A stretch of DNA of 64,000 nt, taken from assembly GCA_965204495.1 (NCBI GenBank), contig OZ241989.1, forward strand, positions 1,184,312-1,248,311, in the 5' to 3' direction. This DNA comes from Candidatus Hopanoidivoransaceae bacterium (lineage in GTDB: Bacteria; Actinomycetota; Acidimicrobiia; Acidimicrobiales; Hopanoidiivorantaceae). This document shows, piece by piece, positions 18,210 to 27,155 of the stretch; position 1 is the stretch's first letter, and each line of letters opens with the position of its first letter. The position numbers were made by a program, and so were the translations under genes. The notes under the pieces are model-generated. The model did not search any database. It was given only the letters and a program-made list of their open reading frames with translations, and was not told the DNA's origin.

Positions 18210-18288
18210 CATTTGCTGTGACATTTGCAGGGGCACTCGCAGTGACACTCGCATTGACATTTGCAGGGGCACTTGCAGCGACACAATT
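18205..18288 (+). repeat. 12-nt tandem repeat (AGTGACATTTGC-like, 6-7 copies; 36-nt super-period) starting on the permease stop codon
   Basis: AGTGACATTTGC TGTGACATTTGC AGGGGCACTCGC AGTGACACTCGC ATTGACATTTGC AGGGGCACTTGC AGCGACAC... The TGA at 18207-18209 is inside the first unit. Confidence 0.85.
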
Positions 18289-18399
18289 CGCCGCCGCATA
18301 ATGGCTAGACTTTGTTGCTAAGCTATTGCCAAGCAAAAATTGTCTGGCAGATAAACCGCTATTCAGAAATCTCAGAAAAGTTCACCTGAAAGGACACCC

Positions 18400-19806
18400 A
18401 TGAAACGCACACGCACTTTCGGCATTCTTGTCGCAGCAGTTATCAGCAGTTTGGCTTTGTTCGCCGCAGCTTGCGGCAACGATGACGATGATGCCGATAC
18501 TACCACAACCACTGCGCCGTCTGACACTGCCGCTCCTATGACTTCCGCAGCCCCAGAAACCACTGATGCGCCTTCTGGCACCGATGCTCCCGAGCCGACA
18601 GCGGCACCGCAGGCCACTACCGCAGCTCCGCCTACCACTGCCGGGCCGCCTGAGTCGACCATCGGCTTCGACGGCAGCACCATCACGCTCGGCTATCTCA
18701 CCGATGAGAGCGGAAGTCTCGCCATCGTAGGCACCCCGCTCAAAGAAGGCGCCGAAGTTTATTGGGAGTGGGTGAATCAGAACGAAGGCGGCGTGGCAGG
18801 CCAATACCCGGTCGAGCTGCTCGTGGCGGACACAAACGATAGTCCATCGCAGACCATCACCGAATATCAGCGCATCAAGGACGATGTGGTGATGTTCGCC
18901 GAGGTGCTTTCCACTCCGCCCACGCAAGCTCTGCTTGAGTTCCTTCAGGAAGACAACATCGTGGCCGTGCCCGGCTCGCTGGCCGGAGCATGGGCCGGCG
19001 AAGCCGTCTTGCTGCCGAACGGCGCAGCTTACGAATACGAGATGATCAACCTCGTGCAATGGTATTTGGAAGAGTCGGATCTGGCATCGGATAGCGATGT
19101 GCACTGCGCCGTGTATGTGGATGACAAATACGGCAATGACTCTATGCGCGGCGTGAACTACGCAACCGAGCAGTTGGGAATTGATTTGGCAGAAACCCAG
19201 ACCATCAACCGGGGCGACACCGACTTCACTGCGCAAGTCTCGGCCATGAACGATGCTGGCTGCACCGTCGTGTATGCGGTTACCGTGCCGACCGAGCAGA
19301 ACGGCATGTTGGCCCAAGCTGACGCCATAGACTTCAACCCCGTTTGGCTGGGCGCGCTGCCTTCATACCTCAACTTGTTCGCAGCCGGTCGTCCCGAGCT
19401 TTACACCAACTTCTATGTGGCTTTGGACTCTCCGAACCTCAACGACACTTCAGTGCCCGCCATGGCGGATTTCATAAACAGGTTTGAAGATATCAACGGC
19501 GGCTCGCCCAACACCTTCCACCTGTCGGGCTATTTCCAATCGGTAGCCGTTCATGCTCTGCTGGATAAGGCAGTGGAACTGGGCGATCTGAGCCGTGACG
19601 GAATAGCCGCAGCAATGGCGCAACTAGGCGAAGTAGACAACGCCGGGCTTGCCGCCGAGAACTATGTGTATGGACTGCCCGCAGACCGCGTGCCCACCAG
19701 CGCGACTCGCATCTTCAAATTTGACCGCGATCAGCCCCCCAACTTCCTAAACGAAGTCCAAATCTACGATTCGCCCCTGAACGAGAGCTTTGACTTAGTG
19801 GGCTAG
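18400..19806 (+). CDS. ABC transporter substrate-binding lipoprotein (Liv/PBP1 type)
   Basis: Lipobox LFAAAC, Thr/Pro/Ala-rich linker, and a size and sequence style typical of branched-chain amino acid binding proteins. Confidence 0.7.
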   Translation: MKRTRTFGILVAAVISSLALFAAACGNDDDDADTTTTTAPSDTAAPMTSAAPETTDAPSGTDAPEPTAAPQATTAAPPTTAGPPESTIGFDGSTITLGYLTDESGSLAIVGTPLKEGAEVYWEWVNQNEGGVAGQYPVELLVADTNDSPSQTITEYQRIKDDVVMFAEVLSTPPTQALLEFLQEDNIVAVPGSLAGAWAGEAVLLPNGAAYEYEMINLVQWYLEESDLASDSDVHCAVYVDDKYGNDSMRGVNYATEQLGIDLAETQTINRGDTDFTAQVSAMNDAGCTVVYAVTVPTEQNGMLAQADAIDFNPVWLGALPSYLNLFAAGRPELYTNFYVALDSPNLNDTSVPAMADFINRFEDINGGSPNTFHLSGYFQSVAVHALLDKAVELGDLSRDGIAAAMAQLGEVDNAGLAAENYVYGLPADRVPTSATRIFKFDRDQPPNFLNEVQIYDSPLNESFDLVG

Positions 19807-19854
19807 CGGGCTAGCGAGGCTGGCGAGATTGCCTAGCCCTAGTCTCCGAGCGCC

Positions 19855-20640
19855 CTAATCTCCGAGCGAAGTCAGGATGTTTGCGAACTCCTGCCGTTCG
19901 GCATCTGTGAGGGCGGCGTAGTCGTTGGCGGTTAGGCGGTTCGTTTCTGCTTCTATTTGCTGACGCCTTTCCTTTAGGTGCGAGACATCGGGGAAGGGCG
20001 GCTGCCATTGGAACATCTGAGCTATGCCTTCGCCTCCCGGGCTCGACAGGATGGCTTCTAGCGGGGTCATGCCGTCTGAGAGGATGGCTACGGAGTGGCG
20101 GGCGAAGCGCAGCTCTCGCAGCAGATGCAGCATGTGCGCTGCTCGGGCGGGGGTGTCGGAGGGGCGATCGACCGAACGCCAGCCGCAGAAGAGCGGGGCC
20201 GCAGTAGGGGATGCGGCATCTGCGATTTTGGCTGCCAGCTCGCAGAAGCGGGCAAGCTCTGGGGTGTCTTCCAGGTTGGCGCGACCCCAGTCGTGGCAGG
20301 CGGGAGCGTAGTAGTGGTGAGCGGTGGGTATTGGATTGACATGTTTGACAGTCTCGTTCCACATGGTGCTCAGCGGCTCTGGGGCGACGACCACAGCGGC
20401 AGCTGCAACCTGTTCTCCATCCGTATTGCCCATCACGCCGAAGCGTCCTGCTATATAGCTGGCCATTCCGTCTAGGGGAGCTTGGCCTTCGGGGGGCGGT
20501 TCGCATCCTTCGGTGAAGACATCGCCTTGGGTGGCTCCTACTTCGGCTGCTTTGGCGAAAGTGGCCATGTCCAACATGAACTTTCCGCCCCAGTTGCGTA
20601 TCGGGTCGCCTGTGGCTTCTGCGCATTGAAGTGGGGTCAT
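19855..20640 (-). CDS. Conserved hypothetical protein (261 aa)
   Basis: Clean ORF with AAGGAG upstream of ATG 20640. No motif I can name with confidence. Confidence 0.55.
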   Translation of the reverse strand: MTPLQCAEATGDPIRNWGGKFMLDMATFAKAAEVGATQGDVFTEGCEPPPEGQAPLDGMASYIAGRFGVMGNTDGEQVAAAAVVVAPEPLSTMWNETVKHVNPIPTAHHYYAPACHDWGRANLEDTPELARFCELAAKIADAASPTAAPLFCGWRSVDRPSDTPARAAHMLHLLRELRFARHSVAILSDGMTPLEAILSSPGGEGIAQMFQWQPPFPDVSHLKERRQQIEAETNRLTANDYAALTDAERQEFANILTSLGD

Positions 20641-20682
20641 CTTTTGCTCCTTTGAGTTGAGTGTTTATGCGATTTTTGGGGT

Positions 20683-20845
20683 GTTTTCTATTGATTTATT
20701 GCTGCTGATAGGTGTTTCTAGTGACTTTCTGCTGCTGATAGCTGTTTCTAGCGATCTTCTGAGGCTAGTGATTTTCTGGTGCTAGTGATCTTCTCGGGCT
20801 AGATAGGTGTTGCTAGTGATTTTCTGGGGCTAGTGATCTTCTGGG
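20683..20845. repeat. Tandem array of 16-30-nt units derived from the 3' end plus stop codon of the SDR gene
   Basis: Read on the minus strand: CCAGAAGATCACTAG (the last codons PEDH plus stop of the SDR gene), followed by CCAGAAAATCACTAGC, CGAGAAGATCACTAGC, CCAGAAAATCACTAGC, TCAGAAGATCGCTAG and more. Confidence 0.85.
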
Positions 20846-21696
20846 ACGAAGCGAACTTCGTCTGAAGAAAGAAATCCCAGATCTTTGGCGATTTCTTGGG
20901 CTAGCACTATTTTCAAGGGGTCGTGCGCTTGGAGGCCGTCTTCTGCGATCCACGCGATTGCTTTGCCCACTGGGTCAGGCGGCGCGCCGCCCATCTCGTG
21001 CACCAAACGCAGCCTTGAACCAGCTGCACTCACCCGCTCGGTGAAGACCACACCGGGATCGACGCTCAGCACTTGAATGCCTTGCCCCTCGTGTTCTTGA
21101 GCCAAGCAGGGGGCTAGTCGGTTGAGCCCCGCCTTGGTAGCGGAGTAAATCAAGCCGGATGCGCCGTCTTCTGAGAGGCGTAATGCTCTGCTGTGGCTGG
21201 CCTGCGAAGAAAGGTTGATGATGACTCCGCCCTTGGGCTGGCCGTTTTCGCCAGGCTCAGACATTATCTGCAGAGCCCGCTGGGTGATAAGAAGCTGGGC
21301 GGTGAGGTTGCACCAGATGCGCTTTATGATGTGTTCTGGGTCGACGGTTGTGAAGAGGTCGGTGTTGCTCGGCCCCACATAGATGGCGTTGTTCACCAGC
21401 ACATCCAGCCTGCCCCAGCGTTCGTATACCGTGTCTACAGCCGGCGCCAGAGTTTCTTCTTCCAGCAAGTCCAAGCGCACTCCCAAGCTCTGCTGCCCGC
21501 AGGCGCGAATGGCTTCTTCGGTTTCGCTCAAGCTGCCGGGCAGCACGGCTCCGGTTTCGGGTGCAATGGCAGACGGGTCTCCGGGGTTTATGGTGCGGGC
21601 TGTGACCGCCACATCAAAGCCTCGCTCCGCCAGAGCGACTGCAGTCGCCTTGCCGATGCCTCGGCTAGCCCCCGTAACGAGTGCGACTTTCGGCAC
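20830..21696 (-). CDS. SDR-family oxidoreductase
   Basis: N-terminal VALVTGASRGIGKATAVALAERGFDV; YxxxK-type region SATKAGL. Confidence 0.85.
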   Translation of the reverse strand: MPKVALVTGASRGIGKATAVALAERGFDVAVTARTINPGDPSAIAPETGAVLPGSLSETEEAIRACGQQSLGVRLDLLEEETLAPAVDTVYERWGRLDVLVNNAIYVGPSNTDLFTTVDPEHIIKRIWCNLTAQLLITQRALQIMSEPGENGQPKGGVIINLSSQASHSRALRLSEDGASGLIYSATKAGLNRLAPCLAQEHEGQGIQVLSVDPGVVFTERVSAAGSRLRLVHEMGGAPPDPVGKAIAWIAEDGLQAHDPLKIVLAQEIAKDLGFLSSDEVRFVPEDH

Positions 21697-23490
21697 TTAT
21701 CGCCTGCCTCTGATGAGACCGCCGGGGCGTGCGCCTGTGTCGATTCCGTTGCGCCGCACCACTTCTCCGCCGGCGACAGTCGCCACATAGCCTTCTGTGT
21801 CTTGCAGCAGGCGGCGGCCGTTGGCGGGCAGGTCGTAGGCCATGCGGGGCGCACGAAGGGTGAGACGGTCGTGGTCTATCACATTGATGTCGGCTCGCTT
21901 GCCGACTTCCAGAGTGCCTCGGTCGCCCAAGCCGAACAACTCGGCCGTGTCGTGGGTCTGCTTGCGCACCACCCATTCCAGCGGAAGCTGTTCGCCACGG
22001 GTGCGGTCTCTCGTCCAGTGGGTGATCATGTAGGTGGGGATGGAGGCGTCGCAGATCATTCCGCAGTGCGCTCCGCCGTCGCTCAGCCCCGACACCGACT
22101 GCGGATGCGTGAGCTGCTCGCGGATCACATCGTGATTGCCGTGGAAGTAGTTGAAGAGCGGTAGCAGCAGCAAGGCGTGCCCGTCTTGTTCGCAGAACAG
22201 GTCGTATGCCATTTCAACTGGCGAAACCCCGGCGGCTTCGGCTATGGCTGCTACCGTCTGGCTGGTGTCCGGCTCGTAGTTGGGCGGGTCGCCGAGCACA
22301 TAGATTTTGCCGAGCTGCTCCATGATCATTGAGCCCATGGAGTCGAACAGCTGAGCGGGATCGGCCGGGAGGTCTTCCTCGCCGAGGATTTGCGCTTTGA
22401 CTTTGGGGTCGAGCATTCTCGCCACTCGCTCCTCCACAGGCAGGTCGGCCAGCGAGATATATGTGGGCCGCTTGGCGAAAATATGATGCGTCTGCAGCCC
22501 CACGAGCAAGCCGAACGGACGGGCGGCCACCTGCGGAAAGACCTGCGCCCCTTCGTCCAAAGCCCGAAGCGACTCTTCCATCATGTCTCGCCACAGGTCT
22601 GGCTGGGCTTGGACTTCCAAGAGAGCGAAAGTTACAGGGCAGCCGACTTCTGCCGAGAGCCGCCTCATCCAGCTCATCTCTTTGGGGGGAGCGATCAAGT
22701 CCAGCCCTGCGGCACCTGCTGGAGCAAGCTCAAACACGCCGCCTCCGCCTGCCGCAAGCCCCCGCCCGAGACCGAAAAGCTCGTCTTCGGCGGCGAAAGT
22801 GCCGGGCACGGGTTCGCCGTCTATGGCTCTGTGGCCGATGGTGCGGCTGGTTGAGACGCCGAGCGCGCCCGCTTCTATTGCTTCGCGCACGATGTCGGAC
22901 ATTTCTCTGATGTCGTCTGAGTTGGCAGGCTCGTTCTTGGCGCCTCGGTCGCCCATCACATAGCCCCGCACCGACCCGTGAGCAATCTGCGTGCCCACAT
23001 CTATGGCGAGCTTGCGGTCGTCCAGCACATCCAGATACTCGGGAAATGTCTCCCACCCCCAAGTGATGCCTTCCGAGAGGGCTGCGCCGGGGATGTCTTC
23101 CACGCCTTCCATGAGACCGATGAGCCAGTCTTCCTTGCCGGGCCGCACGGGGGCGAAGCCGACCCCGCAGTTGCCCATCACGACCGTAGTCACGCCGTGC
23201 TGCGAGGAAGGCTCCAAGAGATCGTCCCAAGTGACTTGCCCGTCGTAATGCGTATGGACATCCACGAAGCCGGGGGTCACGACCATGCCGCGTGCGTCCA
23301 TAACCTCACGAGCCGCCGCCGAGCCGTTCACGCTGGCATCCGGCCCAGCAGCAGCCTCAGATAGGGCTGCGCCAGGTTCGCGCCGAGCGACATCCACGAT
23401 CTTCCCGTTCTTCACAGCAATATCGCCGAAAAAGCGATCTCCGCCCGTCCCGTCCACCACCGTCCCGTTGGCAATCAGCAAGTCATACAT
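21697..23490 (-). CDS. N-acyl-D-amino-acid deacylase (D-aminoacylase) family amidohydrolase
   Basis: YDLLIANGTVVDGTG...GFVDVHTHYDGQ metal-binding motif; ~600 aa. Confidence 0.8.
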   Translation of the reverse strand: MYDLLIANGTVVDGTGGDRFFGDIAVKNGKIVDVARREPGAALSEAAAGPDASVNGSAAAREVMDARGMVVTPGFVDVHTHYDGQVTWDDLLEPSSQHGVTTVVMGNCGVGFAPVRPGKEDWLIGLMEGVEDIPGAALSEGITWGWETFPEYLDVLDDRKLAIDVGTQIAHGSVRGYVMGDRGAKNEPANSDDIREMSDIVREAIEAGALGVSTSRTIGHRAIDGEPVPGTFAAEDELFGLGRGLAAGGGGVFELAPAGAAGLDLIAPPKEMSWMRRLSAEVGCPVTFALLEVQAQPDLWRDMMEESLRALDEGAQVFPQVAARPFGLLVGLQTHHIFAKRPTYISLADLPVEERVARMLDPKVKAQILGEEDLPADPAQLFDSMGSMIMEQLGKIYVLGDPPNYEPDTSQTVAAIAEAAGVSPVEMAYDLFCEQDGHALLLLPLFNYFHGNHDVIREQLTHPQSVSGLSDGGAHCGMICDASIPTYMITHWTRDRTRGEQLPLEWVVRKQTHDTAELFGLGDRGTLEVGKRADINVIDHDRLTLRAPRMAYDLPANGRRLLQDTEGYVATVAGGEVVRRNGIDTGARPGGLIRGRR

Positions 23491-23753
23491 GGTTGTGCTC
23501 CTTCATTTGGCTGGAATGCTAGATTTTGGCTGTCTTGGGCGCCGGGCTGGCCTCTGGTTTGCTTGTGCGTCTAGCTTGGTTGTCGTCTAGCTGGCTTGTG
23601 CGCCCTGTGCCTATGCTATCAGAGCCTACGACAGGCATTGCCTGTTCTCACCGCCTGTTCTGCCGCAAGGCCAACTTCTAGCCGACTGCGACTGGCATAG
23701 CAAGATATGGCAATCGCAGTCGGGGCGGGGGGCTGTGATATCTGCCGAAGCGT

Positions 23754-23761
23754 TGTATAAT
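23754..23761 (+). promoter_or_regulatory. Candidate extended -10 (TGTATAAT) for the DUF433 cassette
   Basis: TGTATAAT lies ~25 nt upstream of ATG 23787. A 10-bp inverted repeat CCGACTGCGA/TCGCAGTCGG lies at 23682-23691 and 23714-23723. Confidence 0.45.
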
Positions 23762-23786
23762 AATTGCAAGCGTGAAAGGAGTTTTT

Positions 23787-24005
23787 ATGTTGGCAACATC
23801 TGGTCTGGTGCGTCGCGATCCTTCAGTTTTGGGCGGGTTGGCTACCTTCCCTGAAGTGCGTGTGCATGCGGACGCTCTATTCATTGAATTATCGGCTGGA
23901 GGCACGATCGCCAGTTTCTGTGACCACTACCCTTCCGTATCAGAACGAGAGGCTGTGGCTTTGCTGCGCGCTAGAGCAGAAGAGGTAGTTGGGCTAGAAA
24001 TGTGA
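23787..24005 (+). CDS. DUF433-like small protein (putative antitoxin)
   Basis: The track ORF starts at GTG 23772. ATG 23787 has AAAGGAG 6 nt upstream. RRDPSVLGGLATFPEVRVHADALFIELSAGGTIASFCDHYPSVSEREAVALL matches my memory of the DUF433 pattern. Confidence 0.6.
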   Translation: MLATSGLVRRDPSVLGGLATFPEVRVHADALFIELSAGGTIASFCDHYPSVSEREAVALLRARAEEVVGLEM

Positions 24006-24436
24006 CTGCCGATCTGATACCAGTTCTCTTGGATAACTGCATGTCGTTTTACCTGTCTGACATGTTCGAGCATCCGATGCGCGCTTACCACCCGAAACTG
24101 CTTGACAAGGAACACCCCGGCCGCTGGGATTTCAAGTGGGCGAAATTGTTAAACGGAGACCTTGCTGAAAAAGCGCGTTCCGAATTGAAAGTCAAGGTTA
24201 TTCTCACGGTGGACGGAGGCTTCCATCAGCAAATGAAGGAAGACCCTTACAGAGTTGCCATTATCCGTTTAGAACGAGCAAAACCTGGCTACAGCGAAAC
24301 TGAATTGCATAGGGAGTTGCTGGCCAGATGGATTTTGCCTGCTTTGCACCACGAAATTGCTCCAGGTGTGTACGATTGCGATTCAGAGTATGGTCTTAGA
24401 ATGCTTTTTGATCAAGACGGGGGTACCGTGAGATGA
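24002..24436 (+). CDS. PIN-like/DUF5615-like protein (putative toxin), 144 aa
   Basis: Its GTG start overlaps the upstream stop. VLLDNCMS... and VILTVDGGF resemble the acidic motifs of DUF5615-type partners of DUF433. The assignment is tentative. Confidence 0.45.
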   Translation: MTADLIPVLLDNCMSFYLSDMFEHPMRAYHPKLLDKEHPGRWDFKWAKLLNGDLAEKARSELKVKVILTVDGGFHQQMKEDPYRVAIIRLERAKPGYSETELHRELLARWILPALHHEIAPGVYDCDSEYGLRMLFDQDGGTVR

Positions 24437-24612
24437 GCGAGCATCCTGTTCTCGACGAGAACGGCTATTTTTTCGGCACTTCAGCGTCCATGCACGAACT
24501 GATAGAGACATGGGCGAACGGCGGCACAACGGAAGATTTTTTGAGCCAGCATCAAGATGTATCCATGGAGCATATTCTGTCGTTTGTGGCTGAATTGATG
24601 TACGACCGATAG
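24433..24612 (+). CDS. Second small DUF433-like protein (59 aa; below the ORF-track size cut-off)
   Basis: Its ATG overlaps the upstream stop (ATGA). Hand translation: MSEHPVLDENGYFFGTSASMHELIETWANGGTTEDFLSQHQDVSMEHILSFVAELMYDR. Confidence 0.45.
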   Translation: MSEHPVLDENGYFFGTSASMHELIETWANGGTTEDFLSQHQDVSMEHILSFVAELMYDR

Positions 24613-24702
24613 AGCAGTCTGCTTGGCAGGCGCACAGACAGGTCGCTGACGGTAAAATCCCCGAAGCAGCCCAGATACATTGATATAAAGCCACTATCCG
24701 AA

Positions 24703-26424
24703 ATGATAGATTTCTTTGTTGTGAGACACGCAAAATTGGTTTTGACGGCTGCTTTTGCGGCTGTTTTGGGGCTGGTCGGTTCGGCTTGTTCGTTGGGCGG
24801 CGACGACAGCGGCCCTGGGTCGACAACGGCTGCGGCTGCTAACGCTGTCACGACCACAGAGGTTGCTTCTTCTGTGCCGCCCGTGACCGCCACGACATCT
24901 ACTGCCGCTCCGGGCACTGAGAAGGTAGAGCCTGTGCCGAGTGTTGCTCCGTCTGCGACTTCGGGTTCTGCTGAGGTTGCGCCTTCGGCATCGTCTTCTG
25001 ATTCTGCGCCGCAGGGAACTTCCGAAACACCGGGCAGCACAACGACAACTACCGCGACCGTTTCTGCAACCACAACCACCGTTACTACGACAACTTCTGC
25101 TGCGCCGCCGACAACCACTACCTCTACGACCACCACAACAACAACGACTACCACGACCATTCCTTCCGCAGACGATTTGCGTGTTCAGGTTCTGAACAGC
25201 TCTGGGATTAGCGGTGCTGCTGGGAGGCTGACCGCAAGGCTGGAAGAAGCCGGCTGGGATATGCTGCCTGCGGGTAATGCGCCTCGCCGGTATGCTGCGT
25301 CGGCTGTGTATTACAGCCACGATGTGCTGGAAGACCGGGCGGCTGAGATCGCTGTGGACACCGGCGTGAGCGGGATTGTTTCTCTGGCGATGCCGTCTCC
25401 TGCGCCGTTTGTTGTAGAGGGCGCGGATGTGTATGTGGTGGTGCTGATAGGCGCAGACGATTTGGGGGGTTCTCTGCGTCCGCCTGCGCAGGCTTCTAGT
25501 TTGCGGCCCCAGCAGCGCAACGACATTCAACTCCCTCTGCCCGACAGCACCCCACGTGACAGGTATGTGCCGGGGCTCGCTGACATCAACATCTACTCCC
25601 AGATAAACGATCAGGGGTCGCGTGATTTGCAAGCGAAGCTAGAGGAGGTTTCCATATATCTCCGCTACATCGGCAACTACCAGCCCTATGTCGGCGCGAC
25701 AGCCGAGCTAAGAGACACGCAAGGAACATTCCGCGAAACAGCCAAGCTGTTAGAAGACGCCCTCGCGTGGCTAGGTTTCACACCCCAGAACGTCTGCGGA
25801 GCGCCAGCAGGCTATTCTTTCACGGATTTGTTGCAGCCGACACGGGAATGGTCGGACGAATTCAAAGTCCACAGAGGCGACGCCATCTTCACAACAGACA
25901 GGCTTTTGGAACTCCACGGTGGCGAACGCATAAACCCCGAAGAGAACCTCGGCTTCTACATCCGTGAAGCCGTGCAGACTTCCTATGACGCTTTGCGGCT
26001 ATACGAACTCCTAGACGAGACAGAAGCCCCGCAAATGATACTCTGCCGCGCATGGAAACTCCCAGAAGGAGAAATCCCGGAAGGAGCCAACGCCTACTGG
26101 TACGCCCTGCTGACACCAGGCATACAACCCCGCGAATCCCTCCTCTCGCAGGGAACATACCATGTGAAAGAAATCTCCAGGAACGGGAACATGGCTTATG
26201 TTCTAATCTGCCACCCGACACTCGGATCCAGATATGTTGACCTGGCTTGGCGGGACGCAGGCTATAGAGCAGAAACCGTAGGGGGATTGCGGAACAATGG
26301 ATGCCAAGCCAATTTTGAAAGAAGAGGATACATCGCAGACTACGAACCCGAAGAAACAATAACCTTCACCTTCGGCGAGAGATTGTTTTCCGCGGCAGAC
26401 CTTCAAAGTTTCCCCAGAAGCTAA
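24703..26424 (+). CDS. Secreted lipoprotein with Thr-rich linker, LytR_C-like domain and an uncharacterised ~300-aa C-terminal domain
   Basis: Lipobox LVGSAC and a poly-Thr tract. LRVQVLNSSGISGAAGRLTARLEEAGW resembles LytR_C. The C-terminal domain is shared with 27156..28601. Confidence 0.7.
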   Translation: MIDFFVVRHAKLVLTAAFAAVLGLVGSACSLGGDDSGPGSTTAAAANAVTTTEVASSVPPVTATTSTAAPGTEKVEPVPSVAPSATSGSAEVAPSASSSDSAPQGTSETPGSTTTTTATVSATTTTVTTTTSAAPPTTTTSTTTTTTTTTTTIPSADDLRVQVLNSSGISGAAGRLTARLEEAGWDMLPAGNAPRRYAASAVYYSHDVLEDRAAEIAVDTGVSGIVSLAMPSPAPFVVEGADVYVVVLIGADDLGGSLRPPAQASSLRPQQRNDIQLPLPDSTPRDRYVPGLADINIYSQINDQGSRDLQAKLEEVSIYLRYIGNYQPYVGATAELRDTQGTFRETAKLLEDALAWLGFTPQNVCGAPAGYSFTDLLQPTREWSDEFKVHRGDAIFTTDRLLELHGGERINPEENLGFYIREAVQTSYDALRLYELLDETEAPQMILCRAWKLPEGEIPEGANAYWYALLTPGIQPRESLLSQGTYHVKEISRNGNMAYVLICHPTLGSRYVDLAWRDAGYRAETVGGLRNNGCQANFERRGYIADYEPEETITFTFGERLFSAADLQSFPRS

Positions 26425-26429
26425 CTGAA

Positions 26430-26740
26430 ATGTTCAGTTAACCCACTCAACCATGTCGAACTCGCGATCTGCGATCACATTGTCGTGAGCTTCGCTCAGT
26501 TCGTCAAACTTGGTAAGCACCCAGTGCTCTATTTTTCCTGACAAACCTTTCGTCTTCCCCCTCAACAGTAACGAACCTTCCAGTTATTTTGTTCGTTCCC
26601 CATTCCACCCGATACAAACGCCTGCCTCGCCTACCGATGTGCATGTGGCGGTTGCTTTTCTCCGGCGGATCCGGATGGCTTATCTCTTTTGTCACATAGG
26701 CCTTGTAGGCTCTGGGGATACTGTCGCAGATGCACGCCAC
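26430..26740 (-). pseudogene. Possible frameshifted small gene downstream of the DUF2442-like gene
   Basis: ORF 26504..26740 ends at ..RKNRALGAYQV. Shifting frame at the A-run (GGAAAAATAGAG, ~26520) continues as GKIEHWVLTKFDELSEAHDNVIADREFDMVEWVN up to the stop at ~26430. Confidence 0.25.
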
Positions 26741-26743
26741 GGT

Positions 26744-27073
26744 TCAGATAATGCTGGGGCGGCTCGCGAAAATAGATTCTGAAACGCTGGAAACCCACTT
26801 CTCGTAGGGCATCTCTACGAGTTCTTCTGCGCACAGGTCGGGTGAGATGTGGCTGTTTTCTCCCCAGCATGGGATCCCGTCATCCACCCTCCAATGGTTG
26901 AAGCCTTGTGTGTCCCATTTGTCGCAGGGATGGCCTGTCCAGTCGGACATGTCTACCACGCCTGAGCGCTCGTCGTCGAACCACACATAAAGCTGTCTGC
27001 CCGTGGGTGCTGCCTCCACCGCGGTCACGGAAGGCAGGCGGACTGATCGGGCTGCGTTTGTTTTCGTTTTCAT
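26744..27073 (-). CDS. DUF2442-like small protein
   Basis: VTAVEAAPTGRQLYVWFDDERSGVVDMSDW...WRVDDGIPCWGENSHISPDLCAEEL fits my memory of the DUF2442 pattern. Confidence 0.5.
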   Translation of the reverse strand: MKTKTNAARSVRLPSVTAVEAAPTGRQLYVWFDDERSGVVDMSDWTGHPCDKWDTQGFNHWRVDDGIPCWGENSHISPDLCAEELVEMPYEKWVSSVSESIFASRPSII

Positions 27074-27155
27074 GGTTTATAGCATAGCGCAAGCTGGCTG
27101 TTTCCATGTTTTCCCGATGTTCCCCTCTGGGCAGGGGCAGTAAAATAGAGTCTCT

